NCBI GenBank assembly: GCA_937870915.1
Contig: CALMZQ010000221.1
Location: 999-64,998 of the forward strand
Length of the DNA: 64,000 bases
Direction: 5' to 3'
Origin: an uncultured Ignavibacteria bacterium
Lineage (GTDB): Bacteria > Bacteroidota > Ignavibacteria > Kapaibacteriales > Kapaibacteriaceae
Shown: piece after piece, positions 31,819-41,944 of the stretch
Position numbering within the stretch: position 1 is the stretch's first letter
Layout of the letters: each line of letters starts with the position of its first letter
Program-made: the position numbers and the translations under genes
The notes under the pieces: generated by a model
The model's input: the letters and a program-made list of their open reading frames with translations, nothing else
Database searches by the model: none
Told to the model about the DNA's origin: nothing

Positions 31819-32448
31819 GTGAAGCCGATGTTGCCAGAAGATCTGCAGGATCTATATCGAGTTCGTAAGGCTGAAATACGTCAACGACTTGCTGAATTTG
31901 CTTCAGTCAATGCGGAAGATAGATTCTACGAGTTATGTTTCTGTCTCCTAACACCGCAATCTTCTGCGCTTCACGCCAATCACGTTGTTAACGAACTCAA
32001 GTCTATTGATTATCAATCATTTGGCCAGAACGTTTTACATCTACTTCGACAGCCAACGTCATACATTCGATTTCATAATGTTAAGCATGCCAGACTGGCA
32101 CAGGCGCGACTAGAGTGGCCAACGATATCCAACGTTATTGAACGCACCCACATAACCCCACAACAACGAAGAGACATGTTGGCGTCAACAGTAAATGGCT
32201 TTGGATTGAAGGAATCGAGCCATTTTCTACGCAACATCGGAGTACGTGGGCTAGCGATTATAGACCGCCATTTACTTACGAACCTCGTGCATTGTGGCGT
32301 TTATTCTGAGGTGCCAACTCTAGGCTCAAAACGAGCATATCATGACGTAGAGAAACGGTTCTTAGAATACTGCACAGACATCGGAATCGACATTGATGAA
32401 GTGGATCTTCTGTTCTGGTGTGCACAAACTGGACATATTCTCAAATAG
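31819..32448 (+). CDS. 8-oxoguanine DNA glycosylase/AP lyase (archaeal/Thermotoga OGG-type)
   Basis: ELCFCLLTPQS, IRFHN.K, GFGLKESSHFLRNIG, AIIDRH, DLLFW. Confidence 0.88.
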   Translation: MKPMLPEDLQDLYRVRKAEIRQRLAEFASVNAEDRFYELCFCLLTPQSSALHANHVVNELKSIDYQSFGQNVLHLLRQPTSYIRFHNVKHARLAQARLEWPTISNVIERTHITPQQRRDMLASTVNGFGLKESSHFLRNIGVRGLAIIDRHLLTNLVHCGVYSEVPTLGSKRAYHDVEKRFLEYCTDIGIDIDEVDLLFWCAQTGHILK

Positions 32449-32646
32449 TTTTGTTAACACAGAATACTCGTAAGTGTATTAATAGCAAGTGCTTAGCAGT
32501 AATAGTAGATGTTACCTCAATGTCTCTACGTAGTAACACGCAAGAAAGTACTTGACATTAGGTAGTCTTACGCATAAGTTAGCCCCCGTTGAACATGTGG
32601 TCGTGTTATCACGTACGCATATACCATCAAATTCAAGGGAGCACCC

Positions 32647-34059
32647 ATGGACAGGAAAAGCTCAGTCATGATCAGCGTTGTAATGATGCTCGTTGTGGCA
32701 ATGTCCTTCCAAACGGTTGCGGCCGGCGGACTAGATCCGATCATGCCGAACAGCACACCTAGTGTGGCTGCTGTTTCTACAGTACGTGATCTTGTTACGT
32801 CAGGTCAAGCTCGCTATCAGCTTGTTGAGCGAAAGGTGTTTGCTGAGCGAACGGAGATTGAACTTGTACTTACCGATCAGAAGGGGAATACGATTGGCGG
32901 CTATGCTCCACCGTATCTCCAATCAGAAGACGAAGCTCGCCAATTATGGAAGGACTTCGTTACCGCTAATCTTGGCATGTCTGCTGTGGCTGACCAAATC
33001 TCCATCCGTGAAGATCGCAAGAGTGAATCAGAGTCGTTTGCAGTGGCCTTCGCACTTGACCACAGCCCATCAATGACCATCCCGCGTGCAATTCGCATGC
33101 AGAAGGCTATACAGCAAGCACTGAACTCGTTTAATGCCAACGACTATGTATCCATTGTGAAGTTTACTGGTAGAGTTACAACAGAAGTTGAGCTCACCAA
33201 TGAGCGGTCGGAGTATCTCTCAGACTTTAAGGTCAATGGACTTAATCTACGCTCAAACGGAACGGCTATCTACGACGGTGCCATTGAGGCACTCAAACAG
33301 CTTGACCAAGCTCCGCAGGCTACAAAGCGTATCCTTATCGTCTTTACAGACGGCGAAGACAATTCCTCATCGGCGTCAAGCGAAGATGTGCTTGAGTATG
33401 CAAAACGCACAAACACCATCATCCATACGGTTGTGTATGGCGTTTCAAATGATGCACCTGTAACTCAGCTCTCAACGGAAACAGGCGGAAAGAACTTTAG
33501 ACTGACAGATGTGTATGAGTTCGACCGTGTATTCCTTGGTATCTATACAGCACTTCGTCATTCGTATGTATTAACTGTCAACATGAAGGCAGATCGCGAA
33601 CTCGAGTCTTCCGCTGGTGGTGTGCTTACGGCTGCAGGCAGCTCCGCAGGTTCAATCCGCTCCAATGAAATGATGGTTCTTCTTCCTAGAAACCGGGTTG
33701 AAGTGTCGAAGTATTCAACAGATGATGCCCTTGTCATGAACGTTGATCTGTCATTCGACGCTGAAAATGGAGAGGTGACGCAAAGCGATCTTAACCTTCT
33801 TGATTCTGTTGCGACGGTCCTTGTTCAACGGAATGATGTGGGCTTGGATATCGTTTCTGCTACGGGAGCAAACACAGGCTCGCACGAAGAGGTAGAGATC
33901 TCACAGAAACGTGTTCGTTCTATCCGCGATCTGCTGATTCGTCGTGGTATCAATCCTGCCCGCATTCAGAGTTATGCAAACAGAGCTGCATCGTCCAACC
34001 CGATGCTTCAACGTGTGGCGTCCCCTACAAAGACCACGTTCGTCTTTACGAAGCTGTAG
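32647..34059 (+). CDS. Secreted vWA-domain protein with degenerate OmpA-like C-terminal domain
   Basis: Signal peptide; DHSPSM, GTAIYD, TDGED vWA motifs; C-terminus LDSVATVL...SQKRVRSIRDLLIRRGINPARI. Confidence 0.75.
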   Translation: MDRKSSVMISVVMMLVVAMSFQTVAAGGLDPIMPNSTPSVAAVSTVRDLVTSGQARYQLVERKVFAERTEIELVLTDQKGNTIGGYAPPYLQSEDEARQLWKDFVTANLGMSAVADQISIREDRKSESESFAVAFALDHSPSMTIPRAIRMQKAIQQALNSFNANDYVSIVKFTGRVTTEVELTNERSEYLSDFKVNGLNLRSNGTAIYDGAIEALKQLDQAPQATKRILIVFTDGEDNSSSASSEDVLEYAKRTNTIIHTVVYGVSNDAPVTQLSTETGGKNFRLTDVYEFDRVFLGIYTALRHSYVLTVNMKADRELESSAGGVLTAAGSSAGSIRSNEMMVLLPRNRVEVSKYSTDDALVMNVDLSFDAENGEVTQSDLNLLDSVATVLVQRNDVGLDIVSATGANTGSHEEVEISQKRVRSIRDLLIRRGINPARIQSYANRAASSNPMLQRVASPTKTTFVFTKL

Positions 34060-34076
34060 GCCGTAAAATCACCAGA

Positions 34077-34475
34077 CTACATTTCCGCCTGCTTGCATCG
34101 TTCTGCAAGAGATGCCGAACTCATAAGAACTTGACCCTGAGTACCCTCCGCTAGGAGGGTACTCGTTTTTTGTGCCACCACTTGGATGGTACACAGAACA
34201 TGGCGCCCCTTAACCGATGATACTAGCGCAGTTATCCGTACAAGCGCGCCGATTCCTGCCATAGCCTTGTGGTTTATATGTATGGAGCTACCTACGGCGT
34301 TGTCTCCCTCTTGGAAGTAGGGCTCTATTGCGCGTCGGGCTGCCAATTCCGCATGATAGGCAAGCCAAAATGTCGAGTACACAGGGTGGATGAGTTTACC
34401 ATCCAGCCTTGCGGTCATGTCCGGCGTTACCGTAATCTCAACAATGCCGATGCCGTTTTCAATACCGGGTTTCAT
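34077..34475 (-). CDS. Hot-dog thioesterase, fluoroacetyl-CoA thioesterase (FlK)-like
   Basis: MKPG, HPVYST..L....ELAA, VG..I.INH.A...GA.V. Confidence 0.8.
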   Translation of the reverse strand: MKPGIENGIGIVEITVTPDMTARLDGKLIHPVYSTFWLAYHAELAARRAIEPYFQEGDNAVGSSIHINHKAMAGIGALVRITALVSSVKGRHVLCTIQVVAQKTSTLLAEGTQGQVLMSSASLAERCKQAEM

Positions 34476-34522
34476 ACTCAATGATACGAAGGTCTACACG
34501 TTCGATGCCGTACATTTGTTGA

Positions 34523-35875
34523 ATGCGCATTGCTCTTCATACGCTTGGGTGCAAGCTGAACTATAGCGAAACAGCCACCATACGAGAAGATCTCGTACAG
34601 CGTGGACATGAGATCGTCCCATTTTCGGCAGAAGCAGACGTGTTGTTGGTCAATACATGTTCAGTAACCGAGAATGCAGATATAGAGTGCCGAAAGATCG
34701 TTCGAAGGGGGCTTCGCACCTCGCCCAATGCGTCTGTCGTAGTCACGGGCTGTTATGCGCAGCTGCAACCGGAAGAGATTGCCAGCATTGATGGCGTTAA
34801 GGCTGTGATCGGGATGACGCAGAAGTTCAGCATCGGGGAAAAGATCGATGAGATTCTGTCGAGCGTATCACCTCGTATCTACGTAGATGAGATTTCTACG
34901 GCTACGGTGTTCAATGGATCTCGTACCGGACGTGGTGACTCTCGAACGCGATCGTTCTTGAAGATCCAGGATGGATGCGACTACTCATGTACATTCTGCA
35001 CGATCCCACGTGCACGTGGTCCCGCTCGCGCCATGCCCCTTTCATCCATCCAACAGAATCTGGAATCCATCGCTAAGGAAGGATACCACGAAGTGGTACT
35101 CTCGGGGATCAACCTCGGAGAATACCGAGGGGAAAACGGCGAGAGATTTATCGATGTCGTGAACATGATCGAAGAAATGGCACCACCATTTCGTGTTCGT
35201 ATTTCATCCATCGAACCCAACACGCTCACGGCGGAGATCATTGACCTGATCTCTGTTTCTCAAACCTTCGTACCACATCTTCATGTTCCGCTGCAGAGTG
35301 GGTCTGCAGACGTGCTGCGTGACATGCGCCGTAGATATAGTCCAGCCATGTATGCAAAAATGGCCGACCGCGTTTCCAGCTCAATGCCCCATGCAGCGCT
35401 TGGGATAGACGTGATCGTAGGATTCCCGGGTGAAACGGATGCACACTTCGAAGAGACGGTTTCGTTTTTGGAAGGGATTCCATTTACCTACCTACATGTG
35501 TTCACCTACTCTGAGCGAGAGAATACTCCGGCAAGTACGATGCATGGCCAGGTTGACATTCCAGTACGCAGACTTAGAACGCAGAGACTTCGCGCTTTAT
35601 CTCAGATCCGCACAATAGAGTTTCATAAGGGGCAGTGTGGTAGTCGTAGAGTAATGATCCCAGAAGGGTACGATCCAACTACCGGACGGTGGGACGGGTG
35701 GACGGAAAATCATGTCTACGTTTCACTTGAGGCCCCTTCAACTTTGCGTAAACGTCCGTACAGTGTTGATCTGCTTTACATGGAGCAAGATGCCGTGCGT
35801 GTTTCTCCGATCGAACCACTTGAATTCACAGAGCCCTCTCTTCTACCGATCTTGAATCACACGGAATTTCAATGA
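34523..35875 (+). CDS. mtaB: tRNA t6A37 methylthiotransferase MtaB
   Basis: HTLGCKLNYSET, VNTCSVTE, VTGCYAQ, RTRSFLKIQDGCDYSCTFCTIP, RISSIEP, HVFTYSER. Confidence 0.93.
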   Translation: MRIALHTLGCKLNYSETATIREDLVQRGHEIVPFSAEADVLLVNTCSVTENADIECRKIVRRGLRTSPNASVVVTGCYAQLQPEEIASIDGVKAVIGMTQKFSIGEKIDEILSSVSPRIYVDEISTATVFNGSRTGRGDSRTRSFLKIQDGCDYSCTFCTIPRARGPARAMPLSSIQQNLESIAKEGYHEVVLSGINLGEYRGENGERFIDVVNMIEEMAPPFRVRISSIEPNTLTAEIIDLISVSQTFVPHLHVPLQSGSADVLRDMRRRYSPAMYAKMADRVSSSMPHAALGIDVIVGFPGETDAHFEETVSFLEGIPFTYLHVFTYSERENTPASTMHGQVDIPVRRLRTQRLRALSQIRTIEFHKGQCGSRRVMIPEGYDPTTGRWDGWTENHVYVSLEAPSTLRKRPYSVDLLYMEQDAVRVSPIEPLEFTEPSLLPILNHTEFQ

Positions 35876-36720
35876 AGATCTTTATTGCGGCAGATTTAGA
35901 AGGCGCTACTGGTGTGGTTCACCACGATCAGCTTATGCCCGAAGGAAGAGGCTATGCAGCTGCACAGCGGTTACTTACAGCAGACGTCAACGCTGCTATT
36001 GAAGGAGTGCTGCGTGTTTCGCCTTCATCAACCTTTGTAGTGGGGGATGGACATGGTCCAATGCGGAACATCATCTTGGAGGAACTACACGACGCGGCTG
36101 AACTTGTCATTGGATCTGCAAAGCCGCAGAACAAGCCCCTTTGTCAGCTTCAAGGAATAGATGAATCGTTTGATTTGGCATGTATGGTGGGATATCACAG
36201 CAAGGCCGGAACACCATCCGGACTTCTCGCACACACCTATATCGGCAGCCTCGTGCGAGAATGGCGACTCAATGGTATGGCAGTAGGCGAGGTACAGATG
36301 AATGCTGCAGTCCTTGGTTCGTTTGGTGTACCGGTTGGACTGATTGTTGGCAATAGCGATCTGGAACCGGAAGTGCGCGCGTGGGACAGAAACGTTGAAT
36401 TCGTTTCAACGAAACGAACACTTGGACCTACAGCCGCTATCTGTGCCACGCCCGGTCGCACGCATTCATTGATCGCAGATGCTGCTGCAAAAGTTGTATC
36501 TCAGAATATTCATGCGGATCTCTACAACATTGGTCATACCCGAATAGAGGTTGACACGTATCGTAGGGAGCAGTGTGATAAAGCGTCGTCTGTACCTGGT
36601 ATCACAACGTCAGGCGAATTCACAATCGTGGCCGAGGCCGACACGGCAGCCAAGGCCTTTCAACTCATGTGGAGCGCTTGTACGCGAGCACTAGATGAGA
36701 CCCCTAGTTGGCTCGCGTAA
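35872..36720 (+). CDS. M55 family D-aminopeptidase (DppA-like)
   Basis: IFIAADLEGATG, DGHG.MRN, VGYHS, LAHT. Confidence 0.9.
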   Translation: MKIFIAADLEGATGVVHHDQLMPEGRGYAAAQRLLTADVNAAIEGVLRVSPSSTFVVGDGHGPMRNIILEELHDAAELVIGSAKPQNKPLCQLQGIDESFDLACMVGYHSKAGTPSGLLAHTYIGSLVREWRLNGMAVGEVQMNAAVLGSFGVPVGLIVGNSDLEPEVRAWDRNVEFVSTKRTLGPTAAICATPGRTHSLIADAAAKVVSQNIHADLYNIGHTRIEVDTYRREQCDKASSVPGITTSGEFTIVAEADTAAKAFQLMWSACTRALDETPSWLA

Positions 36721-36730
36721 TTGTACGGAC

Positions 36731-37540
36731 CTATAGCGACCTTTTGAACTCAGTGTAGGCGCGCGTGTTGAGCTGGGCTTCAGTTGGTGGCGGAATATTC
36801 GCCTTTTTCAACCGTGAGTTTGTATCATCGATACGGTCTTGTGGCAGGGGATGAGTGCTGAGGAGTCTCTCGATAGACGAACCACTTCGCCCCTTGACCT
36901 TATCAAAGAAATAGAGGATTCCCCCGGGGAACCATTGTGTTGACCGAAGGTAACGGAAGGAAAAGTCATCTGCTTCCTCTTCGTCTGACCTGCTGTTCTT
37001 GAGCAGACCTAGTCCCGCAAATGCATTGGCAGCTAGTTCAATGTGCTGATTCTTGTTGTTTCCCAATGCAATATCCATCATAGTCTGGATGCCAAGCTGC
37101 GTGGTCATGCGATCTGTTGAATGGCGTTGTTCGGCATGAGCAATCTCGTGTCCGAGCACTCCGGCAAGTGTTGCCTCATTATCGATTGCTTTGAGCAGTC
37201 CAGTGTACACATAGATGTATCCGCCTGGAGTACAGAAGGCATTGATCATCGCATCGTCCTTGATCAGCTGCACCTTATAAGAGAACTTTCCGCGGTACTT
37301 CACATCAGGAGATTGTATGATCTTGTCGATGATGCTTTGTACGTATTGTTGTGCTTTTGCATTTACATAGGGCGGATATTGCTTTGCATCGGCCTTGATC
37401 TCTTTATCGAATTGTGCGCCAAGGCGTTGGTCTTCACTTACCGGAAAGACATTGATGGCTCCACAATACGTGAGGACCAGAGCTGACGTGATGCCTAGAG
37501 CAATGGTGGCGACAAGGCGGAGGTTCATGTATACCTGCAT
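36731..37540 (-). CDS. M48 family zinc metallopeptidase, probable lipoprotein
   Basis: LTYC lipobox-like, NAFCTPGG.IYVYTGL, GHEIAH, EEEAD, LSTHP. Confidence 0.9.
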   Translation of the reverse strand: MQVYMNLRLVATIALGITSALVLTYCGAINVFPVSEDQRLGAQFDKEIKADAKQYPPYVNAKAQQYVQSIIDKIIQSPDVKYRGKFSYKVQLIKDDAMINAFCTPGGYIYVYTGLLKAIDNEATLAGVLGHEIAHAEQRHSTDRMTTQLGIQTMMDIALGNNKNQHIELAANAFAGLGLLKNSRSDEEEADDFSFRYLRSTQWFPGGILYFFDKVKGRSGSSIERLLSTHPLPQDRIDDTNSRLKKANIPPPTEAQLNTRAYTEFKRSL

Positions 37541-37550
37541 GTGATTTCAG

Positions 37551-38321
37551 TCAAAAGAAGGATTCGTTGTCAAAAATACCATTTGCGTAGCGGACGTGGT
37601 TGAGGACCAGTCCTTGTGGTGGTGCAAGGGGCGCCTGTCCAGACCGAACGCCTGATGCTAACATTGATTCAGCATCTACGAGCTCGATCTTCCTCCGAGC
37701 AACTGTCATTGCCGTTCCGATGATAGAACGGCACATGCCATAGACAAATCGATCTGCTCGAATCCGAATGAGTAGACGATCGTGGGACTCCTCAACTCTG
37801 CATGATTCCACCCGGCACATATACGATGCCGTGGATGGATTATGTTTCGAGATTGCGGTAAAATCATGAAGTCCTTCAAAAACACGAGTGGCCTGAGCAA
37901 ATCTCTCAATACTGAAAGGGAGCTCGGGAGTCCATGCAAACGTGTCAGTGAAAACAGACCCAGACTTCGTGATCACGTACACATACTCGCGAGAACACGC
38001 ATCAAATCGAGCATGGAATCCTTCATGGACTCTGACGGCAGCGCGAACCCTGATATCTCGAGGTAGGCGAGTATTCAGTGCTATATGGACCTTGTCTATT
38101 GGGATCTGATGGGCCCCTTCCGGTAAGTGTACATGTGCTACTTGGCCACGAGCGTGTACGCCGGAATCCGTTCGCCCGGAACCTATTACCGGCTCGGCTA
38201 CTCCAAAGGATTCTTTGATCGCATGTTCGATTGCCTGTTGTACTGACTGACCATTTGGTTGGTTCTGCCAGCCAACATAATGAGTACCTTCGTATTCGAT
38301 CAAGAGGGCAAGTGGGGTCAT
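37551..38321 (-). CDS. truA: tRNA pseudouridine(38-40) synthase TruA
   Basis: YEGT.YVGWQ.Q, GSGRTDSGVHA.GQ, FHARFDA, HDF, F.YGMCR; start set to the ATG at 38321. Confidence 0.95.
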   Translation of the reverse strand: MTPLALLIEYEGTHYVGWQNQPNGQSVQQAIEHAIKESFGVAEPVIGSGRTDSGVHARGQVAHVHLPEGAHQIPIDKVHIALNTRLPRDIRVRAAVRVHEGFHARFDACSREYVYVITKSGSVFTDTFAWTPELPFSIERFAQATRVFEGLHDFTAISKHNPSTASYMCRVESCRVEESHDRLLIRIRADRFVYGMCRSIIGTAMTVARRKIELVDAESMLASGVRSGQAPLAPPQGLVLNHVRYANGIFDNESFF

Positions 38322-38346
38322 TTCACAAAAGTAGGGAGTTGGGACT

Positions 38347-38790
38347 ATGAAGATCGTACAAAGCTTGATCCTCTCGGCAACGGTGTTGGGGGTTATGGTG
38401 TCTGCTCCGGCAACATTTGCCCAGCAAGATGGGGGCACCGCTGTTGGTGTTCAGTTCGGATATCCGGGTAATGTGGGGTTGTCAATGCGGTTCGACCGTA
38501 TTGCCATTGGTGCTGCATGGCACCTAGGCGATAATGGCTATCTGCACGTAACGGCTGATTATTGGCTGCTCAAGAGCACTATCGTTAAGAATCTTGATTG
38601 GTATCTCGGTCCTGGTGTAAACCTTGGGATTGGTGATCCATTTGCCTTTGGCGTTCGGCTCCCAATTGGCCTTCAATGGATTCCATTCAAACATTTAGAG
38701 CTTTTTGGAGAAGTTGCACCATGCCTTTGGCTCATCAATGCTGTTGATCTTGATTTCAACGGTGCTGTAGGTATTCGCTACATTTTCTAA
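38347..38790 (+). CDS. Small outer-membrane beta-barrel protein
   Basis: Signal peptide TFA-Q, G.RLPIGL, ELFGEVAP, C-terminal GIRYIF. Confidence 0.7.
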   Translation: MKIVQSLILSATVLGVMVSAPATFAQQDGGTAVGVQFGYPGNVGLSMRFDRIAIGAAWHLGDNGYLHVTADYWLLKSTIVKNLDWYLGPGVNLGIGDPFAFGVRLPIGLQWIPFKHLELFGEVAPCLWLINAVDLDFNGAVGIRYIF

Positions 38791-38826
38791 GCCATTAACG
38801 CTGATGATGAGAGCAAGGGTCGGTAT

Positions 38827-41800
38827 TCATTGAGTACTGACCCTTACGTTTTCCTCAACTCCTATCTCGCGTGTATCTGTACCACCGGCATAGGAGAGAT
38901 GTCCATGATATCCTCCGATGACATTCGTTAGCACACGTACGTCTTCTACCATCACTCCTCGCCAGTGAGCGGTTCCATGCAAAGTGCCCTTTACAACAAG
39001 TGATGCATTACGAAGATCAGTACGGAAGAGATCGCGGATCTCCGGACGTACTACACACTGAAGAAAGCCTGTCTCATCTTCGATAGTCACAAAGAGCATA
39101 CCGTGTGCTGTTGCGGGCGCTTGACGTAATATGACGATCCCTGCGGTTGTAACGCGGAGTCCAGGTGTTACGGCCAAACGTTTGATCACTTCAATCGGAC
39201 GTACTTCAAGATCAGTAAGCCCCCTTCGATAGAGCGTCATAGGATGCAACCTCGCTGCTCCATGGGTGATGTAGTCATATGCAAGTCGTTCCTGTGCACG
39301 CAACTCGGGAAGTAGTGGTATGTCCTCTTCATGAAGCAATGGAGAGTGTATCAGTGGTGTGGGATTACCTGATGCTCGTCGTTTGACAACACCCACCATC
39401 CACATAGCTCTACGTGCATCGGCTTCCCAGGGCTCCATAGCACCAGCGAGTGCAAGTGCATCAAGAGCATCACGTGGCACGTCAGGTAGGCGAACTACAA
39501 TGTCCTCGATGCTGGTAAATGGTGCGCGAGAACGCTCCCAGACGATCATTCGTGCTACATGTTCACTTACATGTGAAACACTGGTAAGGGGCTTGCGGAT
39601 TGCCGTTGTTCCGTCGGGCATGGTTTCGAGTGCATAGCGCATACCGGAGTAGATCATGTTGGGAAGTAGAACGTTCACGCCACAACGGCGTGATTCTTCC
39701 TCCAAGGTCATAAGGTTATACATACCCGGACGATGTTGCATGAAGGCCGCCATGTATGCGGCTGCATGATGAGTTTTAAGCCATGCACTCTGGTAGACGA
39801 TCTTGGCAAATGCAGCAGCATGAGATCTACAGAAGCCATACCCTACAAAGTGCGAGACCTTTTCATAGACATTCTCTGCGCTGATACGGTCTACACCACG
39901 CAACATCGCTCCTTGAATGAATCGCTCTCTCATAGCCTCCATGAGGACACGGTCGCGATTCTTAGATACCAGTGCACGAAAGTCATCGGCTTCATCAAGA
40001 GGCATACCGGCAAACTTGTGAGCAATCTCCAGTACCTGTTCTTGAAAGAGGACAATGCCTAGAGTGTCCTTCAGTATGGGTTCTAGGTCCGGGTGGAGGT
40101 AGGTGATAGGTTGTATGCCTTTACGTCGTGCGATGTACGGATGTACCATTCCGCCTTGGAGCGGACCCGGACGGAACAGTGCTACTTCCGTCACAAGGTC
40201 GTCAAAAGATTCCGGTTGATGTTTCGCTAACAGGTGCATTTGACCCTGAGACTCTATTTGAAACACGCCTAATGTGCGACCGCTGCGAATAAGGTCAAAT
40301 GTGGCGGGGTCATCTAAAGGAAGTTCATCAACATCGAGTGTCTCGCCGGTATGCTGCATGAAAAGTTCAATGGTCTCGCTTATGCAGGCTAACATCCTGA
40401 GTCCTAGCACATCGAATTTCACAAGCCCCATTGCCTCAACATCATCTTTGTCGAATTGAACAACGGCAACACCATTGGCCGAGCGTTGTACCGGTGTGAG
40501 ATCCGTAAGTGGACGGGAAGAGAGGATCATGCCTCCGGAATGAAGGCCAAGATGACGTGGATGATCAAGAAGCAGATGAACAGCACGCATGAGGACATCG
40601 AGCAGGGGGATATCTCCGCATACAGCTGCGAGATCTGCACGATACTCCGTCACATCCTTGTTTGTCCACGACGGTACACATTTCGATAGTTTGTTCACAG
40701 TCTCCATTGGCCAACCAAGCGCCTTTGCAGCATCACGTACGGCCATACGAGCACGGTACATGATCAGCGTGGCTGTCATGGCTGTCCTGTTCGTTCCAAA
40801 TCGTTCTTCCATCCACGCAATCACTTCATCCCGTCTGTCGCTATCAAAGTCAACATCGATATCTGGTGTACCCTTTCGCCCCCTATGAAGAAATCGTTCA
40901 AAGAGGAGGTGATGTTTGATGGGGCATACGCCGGTGATACCAAGGAGGTAGGCTACGATTGAGTTGGCTGCAGAGCCACGCCCGGAACATCGGATGCCGC
41001 GACGTTTTGACTCGTCGACTACTTCCTTCACCACAAGAAAGAAGTCCGACAGTTGTAGATCGCCTATCACACGCAGCTCATGTTCAAGCAACGTTCTGGC
41101 CTTCTCTTCACGTCCGGTGTATCGTAGTGGAAATGTTATCTCACACGCATTTCGTAGCACTTCATGAGCAACCTCCCCGGGCTTCAATTGAGCTGAAGGG
41201 GGCGTAATGTGCTCCGGAATTATGTTGAATGAACATTGTTGAATGATATCACGAACATGCTCGAATGCCTCTGGCCAAGGAAGGAGCGAACGCAATTCAT
41301 CTTCGCTCCGTAGACAATGCCTGTCATTGACTGGACGTTGAGGATGGGGCTCATGGATCGTGATGCCATGGCGTATGCACGTCATTAGGTCATGCGTTGC
41401 ATATCTATCGCGGACAGCATACCTAACATCCTGAGCGATCACACATGGAAGCGAATGCACCTTAGCCAGTTCTACGATTTGTGCTGCACGGCGCCTAGCC
41501 CATGGCCTTCCATCGTGTCCAATTCCAACATACGTCAGCTTCTTGGGGAGTTTCTGAAGTACTTCTTCCACCACTACACGTTCAGCCGAAAGCCCGTGCA
41601 GAATGAGAATACACCGATTAAGTATTGATAGCCTGTTATAGATCTCGCAATCATCTTCAGCGCGAAGCACAGTTACAAGCTCACAGATCTCTGCGTATCC
41701 TTTCTGATCCTTAGCGAGTACTGTTACTACTGTGCCGTTACACTCCAGATCCGTTCCAATGATCGGCTGTAAACCGTACTCAATACATGCCTGCTGAAGT

Positions 41801-41943
41801 CGTACCGCTGCAAACACCCCCAATGTGTCGGTTAGAGCCAATGCCACATGGCCAAGTCGTACAGATTCTACTACATACTCTTCCGGAGACGAAGCACCGT
41901 CTAGAAAGGAGAAATGTGAACGGGTGTGGAGGGAAGCAAACAT
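38827..41943 (-). CDS. dnaE2: Error-prone DNA polymerase III alpha subunit DnaE2 (ImuC)
   Basis: PHP start H..SHFSFLDGASSP, GRGSAANS, FERF, catalytic PDIDVDF, PRHLGLHSGG, KFDVLGL, GVFQIES, YGFCRSHAAAFA, RQAP.TA.G.LFVTIEDETG; start set to the ATG at 41943. Confidence 0.93.
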   Translation of the reverse strand: MFASLHTRSHFSFLDGASSPEEYVVESVRLGHVALALTDTLGVFAAVRLQQACIEYGLQPIIGTDLECNGTVVTVLAKDQKGYAEICELVTVLRAEDDCEIYNRLSILNRCILILHGLSAERVVVEEVLQKLPKKLTYVGIGHDGRPWARRRAAQIVELAKVHSLPCVIAQDVRYAVRDRYATHDLMTCIRHGITIHEPHPQRPVNDRHCLRSEDELRSLLPWPEAFEHVRDIIQQCSFNIIPEHITPPSAQLKPGEVAHEVLRNACEITFPLRYTGREEKARTLLEHELRVIGDLQLSDFFLVVKEVVDESKRRGIRCSGRGSAANSIVAYLLGITGVCPIKHHLLFERFLHRGRKGTPDIDVDFDSDRRDEVIAWMEERFGTNRTAMTATLIMYRARMAVRDAAKALGWPMETVNKLSKCVPSWTNKDVTEYRADLAAVCGDIPLLDVLMRAVHLLLDHPRHLGLHSGGMILSSRPLTDLTPVQRSANGVAVVQFDKDDVEAMGLVKFDVLGLRMLACISETIELFMQHTGETLDVDELPLDDPATFDLIRSGRTLGVFQIESQGQMHLLAKHQPESFDDLVTEVALFRPGPLQGGMVHPYIARRKGIQPITYLHPDLEPILKDTLGIVLFQEQVLEIAHKFAGMPLDEADDFRALVSKNRDRVLMEAMRERFIQGAMLRGVDRISAENVYEKVSHFVGYGFCRSHAAAFAKIVYQSAWLKTHHAAAYMAAFMQHRPGMYNLMTLEEESRRCGVNVLLPNMIYSGMRYALETMPDGTTAIRKPLTSVSHVSEHVARMIVWERSRAPFTSIEDIVVRLPDVPRDALDALALAGAMEPWEADARRAMWMVGVVKRRASGNPTPLIHSPLLHEEDIPLLPELRAQERLAYDYITHGAARLHPMTLYRRGLTDLEVRPIEVIKRLAVTPGLRVTTAGIVILRQAPATAHGMLFVTIEDETGFLQCVVRPEIRDLFRTDLRNASLVVKGTLHGTAHWRGVMVEDVRVLTNVIGGYHGHLSYAGGTDTREIGVEENVRVSTQ

Positions 41944-41944
41944 G

